Of a stretch of DNA of 38,923 bases, positions 10,416 through 19,617 are shown piece by piece. This DNA is from an uncultured Candidatus Sumerlaeota bacterium (GTDB taxonomy: Bacteria; CAYMEV01), in contig CAYMEV010000029.1 of assembly GCA_964389675.1 (NCBI GenBank), forward strand, positions 1-38,923. The letters are read 5' to 3'. Every line of letters begins with the position of its first letter. The first letter of the stretch is position 1. Below the pieces are notes generated by a model that saw only the letters and a list, made by a program, of their open reading frames with translations, did not search any database and was not told where the DNA came from. Both the position numbers and the translations under genes were made by a program.

Positions 10416-11249
10416 ATGGATTTTATTGCAATAATTACTGGCGTTGGTCTCGGCATTGCATCTTTTTTCCTGCTGAGAATGTCAGGGAAGGAAATGAGCA
10501 ACAAGCGCCAGGTAGCTGATCTTGTGCCAGTAAAGATCAGTGATATTAAACCTGGGCTGGTACTCATCAGCGGGGAAGTAGTATGCAATGACCCTGTAAA
10601 GACACCCTATACGCAGACTTCAGCTGCCTGGTACAGGTATGAAGCGACCCAGCGCCATAAAAGGCAGCAGCAGGCAGGATTTTATGAGGAAAAACTGGCT
10701 GCAGGAGAGCAGATATGCCCATTCATGCTGAAAGATTCTACTGGTGAAATAAATATTGAGGGCAAGGGGATTACAGTTGTTTCATATCCTCATTCCCGCA
10801 TCCTTAAGTCAAAGAGCGGCAGGAGGGCCTCACTTAAGGAGCGGATGAAGAAGCTTAAGGAAATGGATAATGACAGATACCCTGAAGGTGAAAAAAAGCC
10901 CTTTTTCCGCAAAATTGAAGCCGAGGATGCTCCCCTGGATATTCCGGATGATCTTATAGAGCTTTCTCCTGGCTCTCCTGAGATAAAGACCACTCTTAAT
11001 AAGTATTATGAGTTCTGGATACAGCAGAAAGACAATGTCTTCATTGCAGGAACAGCGGTCAAAGATGCAAATGGGAGCAAAATTAAGATCACAAAGGCTG
11101 GGGAAAATACTCCCTTTTTTATGTCATCAAATCATGCTGACCTTAAAGCCAGAGCCTTTCAGAAGAATTTCCTGGTACTGCTGCTTGCAGGTGCCGGTAT
11201 GGCTATTGCAGGGTTTGGCCTTGTCATACATGGTATTGGAATTTTTTAG
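10416..11249 (+). CDS. Membrane protein with a GIDE-like domain and no RING finger
   Basis: N- and C-terminal TM helices flank KISDIKPGLVLISGEV..PVKTPYT..AWYRY..PFMLKDSTGEI and VFIAGTA, the pattern of prokaryotic GIDE-like proteins. Confidence 0.65.
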   Translation: MDFIAIITGVGLGIASFFLLRMSGKEMSNKRQVADLVPVKISDIKPGLVLISGEVVCNDPVKTPYTQTSAAWYRYEATQRHKRQQQAGFYEEKLAAGEQICPFMLKDSTGEINIEGKGITVVSYPHSRILKSKSGRRASLKERMKKLKEMDNDRYPEGEKKPFFRKIEAEDAPLDIPDDLIELSPGSPEIKTTLNKYYEFWIQQKDNVFIAGTAVKDANGSKIKITKAGENTPFFMSSNHADLKARAFQKNFLVLLLAGAGMAIAGFGLVIHGIGIF

Positions 11250-11292
11250 TAATAAGAGTTTAAGAGAAGGTTGACGGTTGCATGATTTACAT

Positions 11293-12471
11293 TTAGTAGA
11301 TCCGACGGCTTATAGATTTTTTGCCGAATTTTTTCTTTACTTCATCCATTAGCCGGTCCAGCTTTTTCTGCCTGTTCTCTGCTGTGGCCAGCAGGCTGGG
11401 CTGTATGCCATCCTCACTTCCCAAGCCGGATATATGAACTCCTATAAGCCTGAATTTGCGATTGTGATTGTCAAAATGCCCAAATAGCGACAGTGCACAA
11501 TCCTGTATCATTTTTGTCTCATTGGTAGATCGATCAAGTGTTATGCTTCGTGAAAATGTTGTGAAATCCTCAAGGCGAACCTTAATGGAAATGGTTCTGC
11601 CAGCCAGCTTTTCCTTTCGCAGTCTGGCGGCAATGTCCTCAGAAAGTTCAAGGATAATTCTTTCACATTGCCCGCGGTCTGTTATGTCCTCATTGAATGT
11701 TCTTTCCTTGCTTATGGATTTTCTGAGGTTCTTTCTGCTGAGCATTGTTGATATCACCGGACGGTCATCAATCCCATTGGCCATTTCCCAGATGTGCCTG
11801 CCATGTTTGCCCATCCTTTCTTTTATAAGTGAATGCTTCAGAATAATATCCTTTACATAATATATATTCAGTGAATTCAGGTATTCCTGTGATTTTTTGC
11901 CAATACCCCAGAGCTTGTTTATAGGGAGCGGGTACAGAAAATCCTTTTCCTTGCCGGGTTCTACGATAGTAAGGCCATCCGGTTTCTGATAATCGCTGGC
12001 AATCTTTGCAACTGATTTGTTTCCTGCAATGCCAATACTTGCAGTAAGCCCTGTCCTGCTATATATTTTTGCCTTTATCTTCATTCCTATCTCTTGCGGA
12101 TTTCCAAAAAGTGCTTCACAGCCGGTACAGTCCAGGAAAGCCTCATCTATACTGACCTGTTCTACCAGTGGAGAGAAAGAATTGAGGATTTCCATGATCT
12201 CTCTGGATTTTTCAGAATATTTGCTATGCTCAGGGCTGATGTAAATGCCCTTCGGGCATAGCCGATATGCCTTTGAAATAGGCATGGCAGAGTGGATACC
12301 ATATTTTCTCGCTTCATAGTTTGCAGTTGAGACCACACCCCTGCCATGGCCTTCTTTTGGGTCACTGCCTATAATGACAGGCTTCCCTTTTAATTCAGGC
12401 CTGCCCAGTTCCTCCACTGCTGCAAAGAAGGCGTCCATATCAACATGTACGATTATGCGCTTTATGTTCAT
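11293..12471 (-). CDS. dinB: DNA polymerase IV
   Basis: IVHVDMDAFFAAVE, STANYEARKYG, VSIDEAFLD, AKIASDYQKPDG and KSISKERTF motifs. Confidence 0.96.
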   Translation of the reverse strand: MNIKRIIVHVDMDAFFAAVEELGRPELKGKPVIIGSDPKEGHGRGVVSTANYEARKYGIHSAMPISKAYRLCPKGIYISPEHSKYSEKSREIMEILNSFSPLVEQVSIDEAFLDCTGCEALFGNPQEIGMKIKAKIYSRTGLTASIGIAGNKSVAKIASDYQKPDGLTIVEPGKEKDFLYPLPINKLWGIGKKSQEYLNSLNIYYVKDIILKHSLIKERMGKHGRHIWEMANGIDDRPVISTMLSRKNLRKSISKERTFNEDITDRGQCERIILELSEDIAARLRKEKLAGRTISIKVRLEDFTTFSRSITLDRSTNETKMIQDCALSLFGHFDNHNRKFRLIGVHISGLGSEDGIQPSLLATAENRQKKLDRLMDEVKKKFGKKSISRRIY

Positions 12472-12596
12472 TGTATAAATTATCTTTTAGAATGCTTCAT
12501 AATTAATTTTATAACTATAGTGATACAGGCAAAAGAAAAATTTAATGCCTGTAATTTCAATTAGTTCATTCAGAAAAAAAACAGGCAATCCCATTA

Positions 12597-13706
12597 TTAC
12601 TTTAATGGAGGGGAAAAGATACCCTTATATAAGGATTCCCCGTAAAAAGAAGGGTCTACATCTTTATCCATCCCAAAAATATCGAACAGGGTCGGAGTGA
12701 TTGATGAGAGTTTTGCCTGCTCTTTAAGGTTTCCAATGACATAATATCTGTTTGCAACAATCCAGATGTCTTTTGTGTCAGCACATGTATGGTGATGTCC
12801 AGTGCCTCCTTCTTCAAAACCATGATCAGTAGTTACTATTATTATGGTCTTTGAATATATATCATGAAATTCCAGTCTGCTGACTATTTCACCCAAAGCA
12901 GAGTCAAGGCGGATCAGTGCATTGCTATACTGGTCTGAATCTTCTCCTGACCAGTGCCCAGTAAAATCAGGATCTTTGTAATGAGCAAACAGGAAAAAGG
13001 AATAATTATTGTAATTATCCAGAAATGCCAGGATATTTATATTTTCAATTTCAGTTTCATCAGTTGATAAAAAACAGACATCCATTGCTCCGGCATCATT
13101 CAGCCCGCATAGTCCATGCCTGCTGCAGGCCCAGAACGGCATGGCATTAATAAATGCAGGCGTCGGAAAAAAAGGTGTGTCCTTGCCTGTTATCATACCT
13201 GTCCTGACATGAGGTTTCTGCTCTCTCAGCCTTTCGAAAAATGTATATCCCTCAGGGACAGGATTGGGGCCCAGCTGGCCGTAGCATTTAAGGGGGGACC
13301 CGGAAGGGCAGATCTCCGGACAGTCATTTTCTTTCAGCTCAGTGGCAATTGTATTTGCATGATTCTTCTGTATGGGGAAATTATAACCTGTAAGCATTGT
13401 AGCGTGAGCTGGGCCGGTCTCTGTGTGAATGGATACCCCGTCATTGAAGCATCCGCTGTTTTCAGTATCTATAACTGAATCTCTCCATATCCCGGCATCA
13501 ATCATTATCTGCAGATTCGGAAGCTGTCCCTGTAAAAGCATCTCCTGGACATGGCTTCTCTGTGCACCGTCCCAGACTATCAGGATGACGCGCCTGGCAG
13601 GCTGAACAGGGCTCCTGCAGATATCTTCGGCCAGGAAGCTAAATGATTGAATCATGATGATCAAGGCAGTTATGACTGTATTTTTTATTTTATGCATAGC
13701 AGGCAA
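12597..13706 (-). CDS. Exported alkaline phosphatase superfamily protein (phosphodiesterase/nucleotide pyrophosphatase-like)
   Basis: Signal-like N-terminus; VILIVWDG, TETGPAHATMLTG (likely Thr nucleophile), DPDFTGH and TTDHGF. Confidence 0.82.
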   Translation of the reverse strand: MPAMHKIKNTVITALIIMIQSFSFLAEDICRSPVQPARRVILIVWDGAQRSHVQEMLLQGQLPNLQIMIDAGIWRDSVIDTENSGCFNDGVSIHTETGPAHATMLTGYNFPIQKNHANTIATELKENDCPEICPSGSPLKCYGQLGPNPVPEGYTFFERLREQKPHVRTGMITGKDTPFFPTPAFINAMPFWACSRHGLCGLNDAGAMDVCFLSTDETEIENINILAFLDNYNNYSFFLFAHYKDPDFTGHWSGEDSDQYSNALIRLDSALGEIVSRLEFHDIYSKTIIIVTTDHGFEEGGTGHHHTCADTKDIWIVANRYYVIGNLKEQAKLSSITPTLFDIFGMDKDVDPSFYGESLYKGIFSPPLK

Positions 13707-13792
13707 ACCTTCCTATATTATAGATTATATATCCGGCTCATATTTTATAAAGCATAATTTTATCTTGGAAGAATTTTACATTACATGAATTC

Positions 13793-13801
13793 TGATATAA
13801 T
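13793..13801 (+). promoter_or_regulatory. Extended -10 element (TGnTATAAT), near-leaderless transcript
   Basis: TGATATAAT ends 11 bp before the ATG at 13813; no Shine-Dalgarno is visible. Confidence 0.4.
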
Positions 13802-13812
13802 ATACCAGTATT

Positions 13813-14283
13813 ATGAGCAAAAGAGAATTCCATTCAGTCCTGGATCAGCTTATGGGCGATACTAAAGCCTTTGCTGGAGGCTCTCTGGACAGCCCTGTAG
13901 TGCTCTATCGCCACAAAAGATGGCATATGATCGGTATTGGCAACCGGATCGACTTTGAAATGAAAATAAAAAGAGCAATACTTAGCGTTCATTTCATGTC
14001 AAAGGCCCGGGGTGAGAAAATGGTAGAGGAATGGATGCCTTACAGATATGTAAAGCCGTACAGCGAGGTGATGCCGGAATTTTATAAGGAGGTTGAATCA
14101 AAGGTTCTTCCAACAGCAGACCATTACCGTCCTTTGATTAGAGCAGGGCTGGTCTGCCTTATTGCTGGATACACTACAGATACACTTCACAGAATGGAAA
14201 TGGAAAGTGTGGACAGGATGATTTCCTGCTTAAGTATTATAATGGATAAGTGCCCGATCGGGCCTTATCTGCGTTTTAAATAG
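13813..14283 (+). CDS. Hypothetical protein (156 aa)
   Basis: Clean ORF filling the gap behind a promoter-like sequence; no motif recognised. Confidence 0.7.
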   Translation: MSKREFHSVLDQLMGDTKAFAGGSLDSPVVLYRHKRWHMIGIGNRIDFEMKIKRAILSVHFMSKARGEKMVEEWMPYRYVKPYSEVMPEFYKEVESKVLPTADHYRPLIRAGLVCLIAGYTTDTLHRMEMESVDRMISCLSIIMDKCPIGPYLRFK

Positions 14284-14550
14284 AAGCCAAAGGCCTTTAA
14301 AAATAATAAGTAATTGCTGGTAATGCTTTTATTAAGATCACTTTTCCAGGGTTAAGGGAGCGGAATCATTATCCAGGCTTTATATGGATGAAACCGCTCC
14401 ATGTGTCTAAAAACAGCACAATTCAAAAATAATATTGATTAATTATTTAAGCTTTTCTTAAAATTGTGCCCAGGCAAATATGGTGCATGAAATTCCTCTA
14501 ATGATGATGATCCTCTTCAGATTCTTCAAAAGTCTTATGTATTGTGCCGG
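14224..14550 (+). repeat. 327-bp direct repeat, copy 1
   Basis: Identical by eye to 18550-18876 (offset 4326). Contains the 3' end of the 13813 ORF, the intergenic spacer and the 3' end of the cupin gene. Confidence 0.97.
14357..14400. terminator. Hairpin between convergent genes, duplicated at 18683-18726
   Basis: Outer stem GGAGCGG/CCGCTCC and inner stem ATCCA/TGGAT. There is no strong U tract. Confidence 0.4.
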
Positions 14551-14665
14551 CAGGGATTAATACGATTCAGTCGTCTGATACCTCCTTTAATACTCCTGGA
14601 ATATGAAGAGACCAGGTTTAAAACAGATCTCATTGTTTTTTTCATATGGTGATCTTATCGGGTTA
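14551..14665. pseudogene. Three abutting decayed fragments of downstream sequences
   Basis: 14551-14584 matches 18958-18991 (cupin; 28/34). 14588-14633 matches 19691-19736 (151 aa gene; 38/46). 14634-14665 matches 20779-20810 (26/32). Counts by manual alignment. Confidence 0.85.
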
Positions 14666-14685
14666 GGTTTTTCTCAAGGTACTTA

Positions 14686-16560
14686 TCAGTTTATATAGAA
14701 ATTTATAGTTTTTGATATATTTCTCTCATCATAATTAAAATCAAGCCGTTTTTTGTCCAGTAAAACACTTGATTTATAAAGCATTACTTCCATGCCGTCC
14801 CAGGGTGATAGCTTATTGATATAATATTTCAGAAGGCCGTCTTCGTAAGAATATAATTCTAATTTTAATATATTCCCCGGTACATCAAGCATGACTTCAA
14901 TATCAGATTTATCAGAGTCAGTAAATACATTCACTGTTAATTCATTGCCGTCTGCAATGATAAGCCTGCCGAGATCTCCACTACTTCTTAGATCAATACC
15001 CGGATACCTTGTTAATACATATGAATCATGATAGAGATATATCTCATATTCGTCAGGAATTAACCCCTGGTCTTTATTGATGTAGAATTCCCCTTTCTCA
15101 TCTGTTGTTACCCGTATCAGGGATGCAAACATCTTTCCAAAGTCCAAATAATCTTTTACAAACCGCAGATCACCCTTGGCCTGCAATCCTATTAAAACAC
15201 GGAAATCCCGGTATGATCCGGCATAGCCGAAAATAACTCTTGTATCGGGAACAGGTTTATTGTTTGTATCGACAATATACCCTTGAGCCTCTATACCCTG
15301 CTGAAAATAGATATCTCCAACATATAAAAACTGATCCTCAGTTTTGATTTTCCTGATTATTTTATCATCAAAATAATATCTGTATGACAGAGCAGACTCT
15401 GAACCAGGCTCTTTCAGGATCAAATCAGCATAAAGCCTGTCATTTCTGAGATTATGATCCATTATGCCAATATTCTCTGTAGGATTGGGTCCTGGAATTA
15501 TGAAATAACCGTTGTAATCCGTTTCATACCATTTATCTGAAAAAATATAGTTATTAAATTCATTGTATGCAGAATCTAAAGCTGTATACTCGTAATAATA
15601 GTATATTTCAGCTTTTATCAGTGCAGGAAACCGGATATCCCTGTTTGATACCCTTCCATGGATGCCGAATTGCTCTTCAATATATATATCATGTGCCTCC
15701 TCTGAAACAAATAGATCATATGTCAAGGTTCTCCTCGAAAAGGGATCCCTGACAAGAATACAGAATTCCTCTGAATTTAATTCCTCAGGAACAGAAAATA
15801 AAAACCTGTTTCCGTAAAAGCTTTTTATCTGCATATCTTTCAGATCGCCTGTATCTTGATACAGGCATAACTTTACATGTCCTGCAGTTGGCTGATGGCT
15901 GCTTTTTTCAAATAGAATAGATCCGTATATGCTGTTCTTTTTGACAAGGTAAACGGATTTGAAATCACTAAATAAATATTCTGCTAACCTGTTCTGAGGT
16001 GATATCGTTTCAAAATCATGTTCTGATGAAAATATCATTTCCTTTTCATATATATCAGGGCCGCTTATATTAATCTTATATCGGTACTCAGGATTAATAT
16101 GGTTCAAAGTTACAACTGCAGAGTAATTATGTGTTATCTGACATATCTCGATATATTCCTCCATTCCGGGAATATAGCAGAAAAGTTCAATATGTATGCC
16201 GGGAATCGGGGTACTGATCCAGTCTAATGCAAAAAATTCAATTGATCTATCTGAAAAGGTTATATCTATCTTATCTCCCGGCGACTTTATATTTTTATAA
16301 TAAACACCCTGACCCTGGATTGCAATGAAGATATCATTGATATTCATTTCTGGAATTCTTATATTAGATAATCCTTCAGTGGAATATGTTTCAGGTTCGA
16401 TTATTTCCTGCCATATAATCTGCCATGATTCTTTATATGTATTATAAGAATAGAGGTATAAGTGCAGGTTTTCCTGTGAAGCATATGAATCTGGATTAAT
16501 AATTCCACTGGCTGAAATGATTATTAGAAAAATAAGAAGGTGTTTAAACATAGTTTTCAT
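14686..16560 (-). CDS. Exported protein with carboxypeptidase-regulatory-like beta-sandwich domains (operon copy 1, gene C)
   Basis: Signal peptide. GYIVDTNNKPVPDTRV ... VTTDEKGEFYI ... PDEYEIYLYHDSY and ETDYNGYFII patterns. Paralogue of 21497-23383. Confidence 0.8.
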   Translation of the reverse strand: MKTMFKHLLIFLIIISASGIINPDSYASQENLHLYLYSYNTYKESWQIIWQEIIEPETYSTEGLSNIRIPEMNINDIFIAIQGQGVYYKNIKSPGDKIDITFSDRSIEFFALDWISTPIPGIHIELFCYIPGMEEYIEICQITHNYSAVVTLNHINPEYRYKINISGPDIYEKEMIFSSEHDFETISPQNRLAEYLFSDFKSVYLVKKNSIYGSILFEKSSHQPTAGHVKLCLYQDTGDLKDMQIKSFYGNRFLFSVPEELNSEEFCILVRDPFSRRTLTYDLFVSEEAHDIYIEEQFGIHGRVSNRDIRFPALIKAEIYYYYEYTALDSAYNEFNNYIFSDKWYETDYNGYFIIPGPNPTENIGIMDHNLRNDRLYADLILKEPGSESALSYRYYFDDKIIRKIKTEDQFLYVGDIYFQQGIEAQGYIVDTNNKPVPDTRVIFGYAGSYRDFRVLIGLQAKGDLRFVKDYLDFGKMFASLIRVTTDEKGEFYINKDQGLIPDEYEIYLYHDSYVLTRYPGIDLRSSGDLGRLIIADGNELTVNVFTDSDKSDIEVMLDVPGNILKLELYSYEDGLLKYYINKLSPWDGMEVMLYKSSVLLDKKRLDFNYDERNISKTINFYIN

Positions 16561-16561
16561 A

Positions 16562-17608
16562 TTACTTTACCTCCCTGGTAATATGCAATATATTATCAGA
16601 AACCTTTGAAGAAAGAAATGCCCATTTATAAATCTGGCACATTATATCAGGATATTCTGACTGAAAATGCCTGAGAATTATAAGATTAATATTTTTTTTA
16701 TCATCGTTATTTAAATTAATGTCAGTAGTATAATTTTTTACATAAAGATCATATAATCTTTCAAAATGAGCAGTTCTGGAATTAACAATCAATGATGCAG
16801 GATCATTATACCAAAGATAAAACTGATTATTCTCCAGATATGTTTCTTCAATATATATTAGCATATCGACAGTATCCATGTCCAGTCTCTTCATTTGCTT
16901 TTTGCATGGGCTGGAATCTTGTTCAATCTCTATTGGCATTATGAAGGAGCCAACTGTAATATACCTTTTTTGTCTGGCTTCTCTAAGTATTCTCGTTACC
17001 AGGAACCCATCATAAATTTTTATCCCGTACTGAGGCATTCCTTCTCTGGCATTGTCAAAAATTTCTTCAAATGTGGAATAGTCTGTTTCTATTACTTTAT
17101 CAAGGCTGCTTTTGAGTATTTTTACATTAACATTAGCATCAGATTTATCTCTATAAGCATTGGCTCCGGTTTTAAGAAAATCATCTGAAGATAACCATTG
17201 TTGCCCATTATAAGAAATTATTAAATCATAGGGATTAACCTTATCATCTATTTCAGAGAATATAGGAATATAATTATCCGTAAATAAATCACTCTCAAAG
17301 TTATTAAAATTAATTATCAGCCCTGCTGGAATAGCCTCAACCTGAATGGATTCAAAATAAACTTTGGCATCCTCTTTGAAAAAATGATTAATATTTTCAG
17401 CAATCTTTGCCAGATCTATATCCAGATAATCATATACATCAGAATCAGTTTCCATATGAAGAATCTTCTTAAGCTCCAATCTACAATCAGCAAATGTAGC
17501 AGCAGCAGAATTCTTTGCTGTATCCTTATTTTCAGCTGAAATTAGTGTGCTTTCCTGAAGAGACAAGCTCATTAAACAAAGAAATATTGTTATTTTAATT
17601 ACTTTCAT
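16562..17608 (-). CDS. Exported hypothetical protein (operon copy 1, gene B)
   Basis: The ORF track starts at 17638, but the ATG at 17608 gives a signal peptide (MKVIKITIFLCLMSLSL) and its first codons recur at 25052-25069. Paralogue of 23373-24431. Confidence 0.8.
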   Translation of the reverse strand: MKVIKITIFLCLMSLSLQESTLISAENKDTAKNSAAATFADCRLELKKILHMETDSDVYDYLDIDLAKIAENINHFFKEDAKVYFESIQVEAIPAGLIINFNNFESDLFTDNYIPIFSEIDDKVNPYDLIISYNGQQWLSSDDFLKTGANAYRDKSDANVNVKILKSSLDKVIETDYSTFEEIFDNAREGMPQYGIKIYDGFLVTRILREARQKRYITVGSFIMPIEIEQDSSPCKKQMKRLDMDTVDMLIYIEETYLENNQFYLWYNDPASLIVNSRTAHFERLYDLYVKNYTTDINLNNDDKKNINLIILRHFQSEYPDIMCQIYKWAFLSSKVSDNILHITREVK

Positions 17609-17627
17609 TTCTTTAGGGTTCCAATTA

Positions 17628-18098
17628 TTATCTATCATCTTGTTGATAGCAACAGGGGCCTATAACCCGAGGATAGTATAAAACACACATAATACTAACA
17701 ATAGGTCCGGTTGGCTGTAGTATTTCTAGATGATAATCACAGCTTTCACAAGAACTGCCGGGGTCTGCAGGAACACACACTTGGCCCCATTGACAAACTC
17801 CGGGATCATTTGAATGTATAGAAACCCTGGTATAAAGGCAATTACCGACAACATGAAAGTATGGGCAAGAATCAATAGTAGGACAAGTGCCATCATAGAT
17901 CCTACCCTTTATCCGATTCTCTGAATGCTCTTCATAGATTGATGAAGAATAGATATCATCGGTATTATCTCTAGATTCTTCAATTATGTCTATGTCATCA
18001 ATACCAGAGTCTTTTGTTTCCTTTGAATAATTATCTGCTAAAAATAATAGTAGTATTAGCATTGTAGTTAAGCAGCATATTCGAATTAACTTTATCAT
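17628..18098 (-). CDS. Small exported cysteine-rich protein (operon copy 1, gene A)
   Basis: Signal peptide, acidic linker and a C-terminal domain with 10 Cys including CESC and a terminal CC; AAGGAG RBS. Confidence 0.85.
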   Translation of the reverse strand: MIKLIRICCLTTMLILLLFLADNYSKETKDSGIDDIDIIEESRDNTDDIYSSSIYEEHSENRIKGRIYDGTCPTIDSCPYFHVVGNCLYTRVSIHSNDPGVCQWGQVCVPADPGSSCESCDYHLEILQPTGPIVSIMCVLYYPRVIGPCCYQQDDR

Positions 18099-18137
18099 TT
18101 ACTAAACTCCTTTTACTTAATTTTTACTCTGTTTTTA

Positions 18138-18168
18138 ACTATACCCCCCCCCCACGATATAATGTCAA
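18138..18168 (-). promoter_or_regulatory. Sigma70-type promoter with a G10 tract in the spacer (copy 1)
   Basis: Minus strand reads TTGACA-TTATATCGT-GGGGGGGGGG-TATAGT; spacer 19 bp; about 40 bp upstream of the gene A ATG. Confidence 0.88.
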
Positions 18169-18381
18169 GTATTTATTACAAATTTTTACAGCTATTTGAA
18201 ATATTGTATTATTCAGCCTAAAAATCTCTAATAGTGAAGGCAGTTGCAAACAAAATTATAGGGCATCTACATACCAATAAAACAGGAAATTTTATATATC
18301 CATATTATTAAACCAGGCATAGTGCTATCCATACAGACTTTCTGGAACCTTCTTTACTGGCATCGATTATTTTTGCATATA

Positions 18382-18537
18382 CTGTAACAGGACTGAATCT
18401 TGGCTCACCTGTATCTATTAGCAGGTTATATGGAAAGTTCGATTTCAGCTAACAGGCCTCTATGCTGTGGGTTGCCGGAGGATTTGGGATTACGCCGTTT
18501 TTATCCAGGGCACGATCTCTGAGAAATGGAAAATGAA
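18382..18537 (+). pseudogene. Decayed internal fragment of the ferric-reductase-like gene
   Basis: Aligns by eye to about 27183-27338 (SISR.YGKFD.S..MLWVAGG.GITPFLSR.RSLRN), with TAA at 18450-18452. Confidence 0.88.
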
Positions 18538-18549
18538 GGCAAAATAGTA

Positions 18550-18876
18550 TCCTGCTTAAGTATTATAATGGATAAGTGCCCGATCGGGCCTTATCTGCGT
18601 TTTAAATAGAAGCCAAAGGCCTTTAAAAATAATAAGTAATTGCTGGTAATGCTTTTATTAAGATCACTTTTCCAGGGTTAAGGGAGCGGAATCATTATCC
18701 AGGCTTTATATGGATGAAACCGCTCCATGTGTCTAAAAACAGCACAATTCAAAAATAATATTGATTAATTATTTAAGCTTTTCTTAAAATTGTGCCCAGG
18801 CAAATATGGTGCATGAAATTCCTCTAATGATGATGATCCTCTTCAGATTCTTCAAAAGTCTTATGTATTGTGCCGG
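18550..18876 (+). repeat. 327-bp direct repeat, copy 2
   Basis: Identical by eye to 14224-14550. Confidence 0.97.
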
Positions 18877-19324
18877 ATTCATGTTCCGGAGGGCCATAAA
18901 GCACATAGACCTTCAGGGGATTATCCCCTGTGTTTATAATGTTATGCCATGTGCCTGCAGGGATTAAGACAGCCCAGTCATCTGATACCTCTTTATCAAA
19001 GGTAAGATTATCTTCCGAATTCCCCATGAGTATGCGCCCTTTGCCGCTTTCAATCCGTATGAACTGGTCATTATGGCCATGAACCTCAAGGCCGATCTCT
19101 CCTTTTGGTGGGATAGCCATAACCGTGAGCTGGAGTGTCTTCCCTGTCCATTTGGCTGTCCTGAAATTTTCATTCTCCAGGGTAAGTTCCTCTATATCAA
19201 CAGCCCAGGGTTTTTCACCGTAATCCTCAGAATCAAATTCATCCTTTTCTGATCCGTTAACAGCCGGCAGGGCAATCAAAAGTACAAGTGCCATAGCCCC
19301 GAATAGGAATAATGCTTTCTTCAC
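18824..19324 (-). CDS. Cupin domain protein with a signal peptide
   Basis: GEIGLEVHGHNDQFIRIESG and LIPAGTWHNIINTG cupin motifs; GTG start with AGGAGG RBS. Confidence 0.9.
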   Translation of the reverse strand: MKKALFLFGAMALVLLIALPAVNGSEKDEFDSEDYGEKPWAVDIEELTLENENFRTAKWTGKTLQLTVMAIPPKGEIGLEVHGHNDQFIRIESGKGRILMGNSEDNLTFDKEVSDDWAVLIPAGTWHNIINTGDNPLKVYVLYGPPEHESGTIHKTFEESEEDHHH

Positions 19325-19617
19325 AATGATCCTCCTTTTTGTTTTTTTAATATTCTATATTAAGGGCTGAAATGTTTAAAGTTTATTTATTAATGGAGAC
19401 CTGTCTTCAGATATTTTCTAAATTCATTGTCAGTATTGGTGACATTTGCAGGCTGATCAGGCAAAATATATTAAAACAATTATATATAGAACGACGAAGC
19501 TTAATTAATGCAGTAAGCTGTCTAAATTGCTAAAACTGTTTTAGGCTGATTTTTATATTACTGCTCATTAAATTTATGATATTATAAAAATACCTATTAA
19601 TGTAATGGAGGATATCT

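Noticed and set aside
12472..12596. LexA/SOS box upstream of dinB
   Set aside because: No convincing CTGT-N8-ACAG or GAAC-N4-GTTC palindrome was seen.
17628..18098. Cys-rich proteins as c-type cytochromes or three-finger (LU) proteins
   Set aside because: CESC is followed by D or I, not H, so there is no CXXCH. The terminal CC lacks the following CN motif of LU domains.
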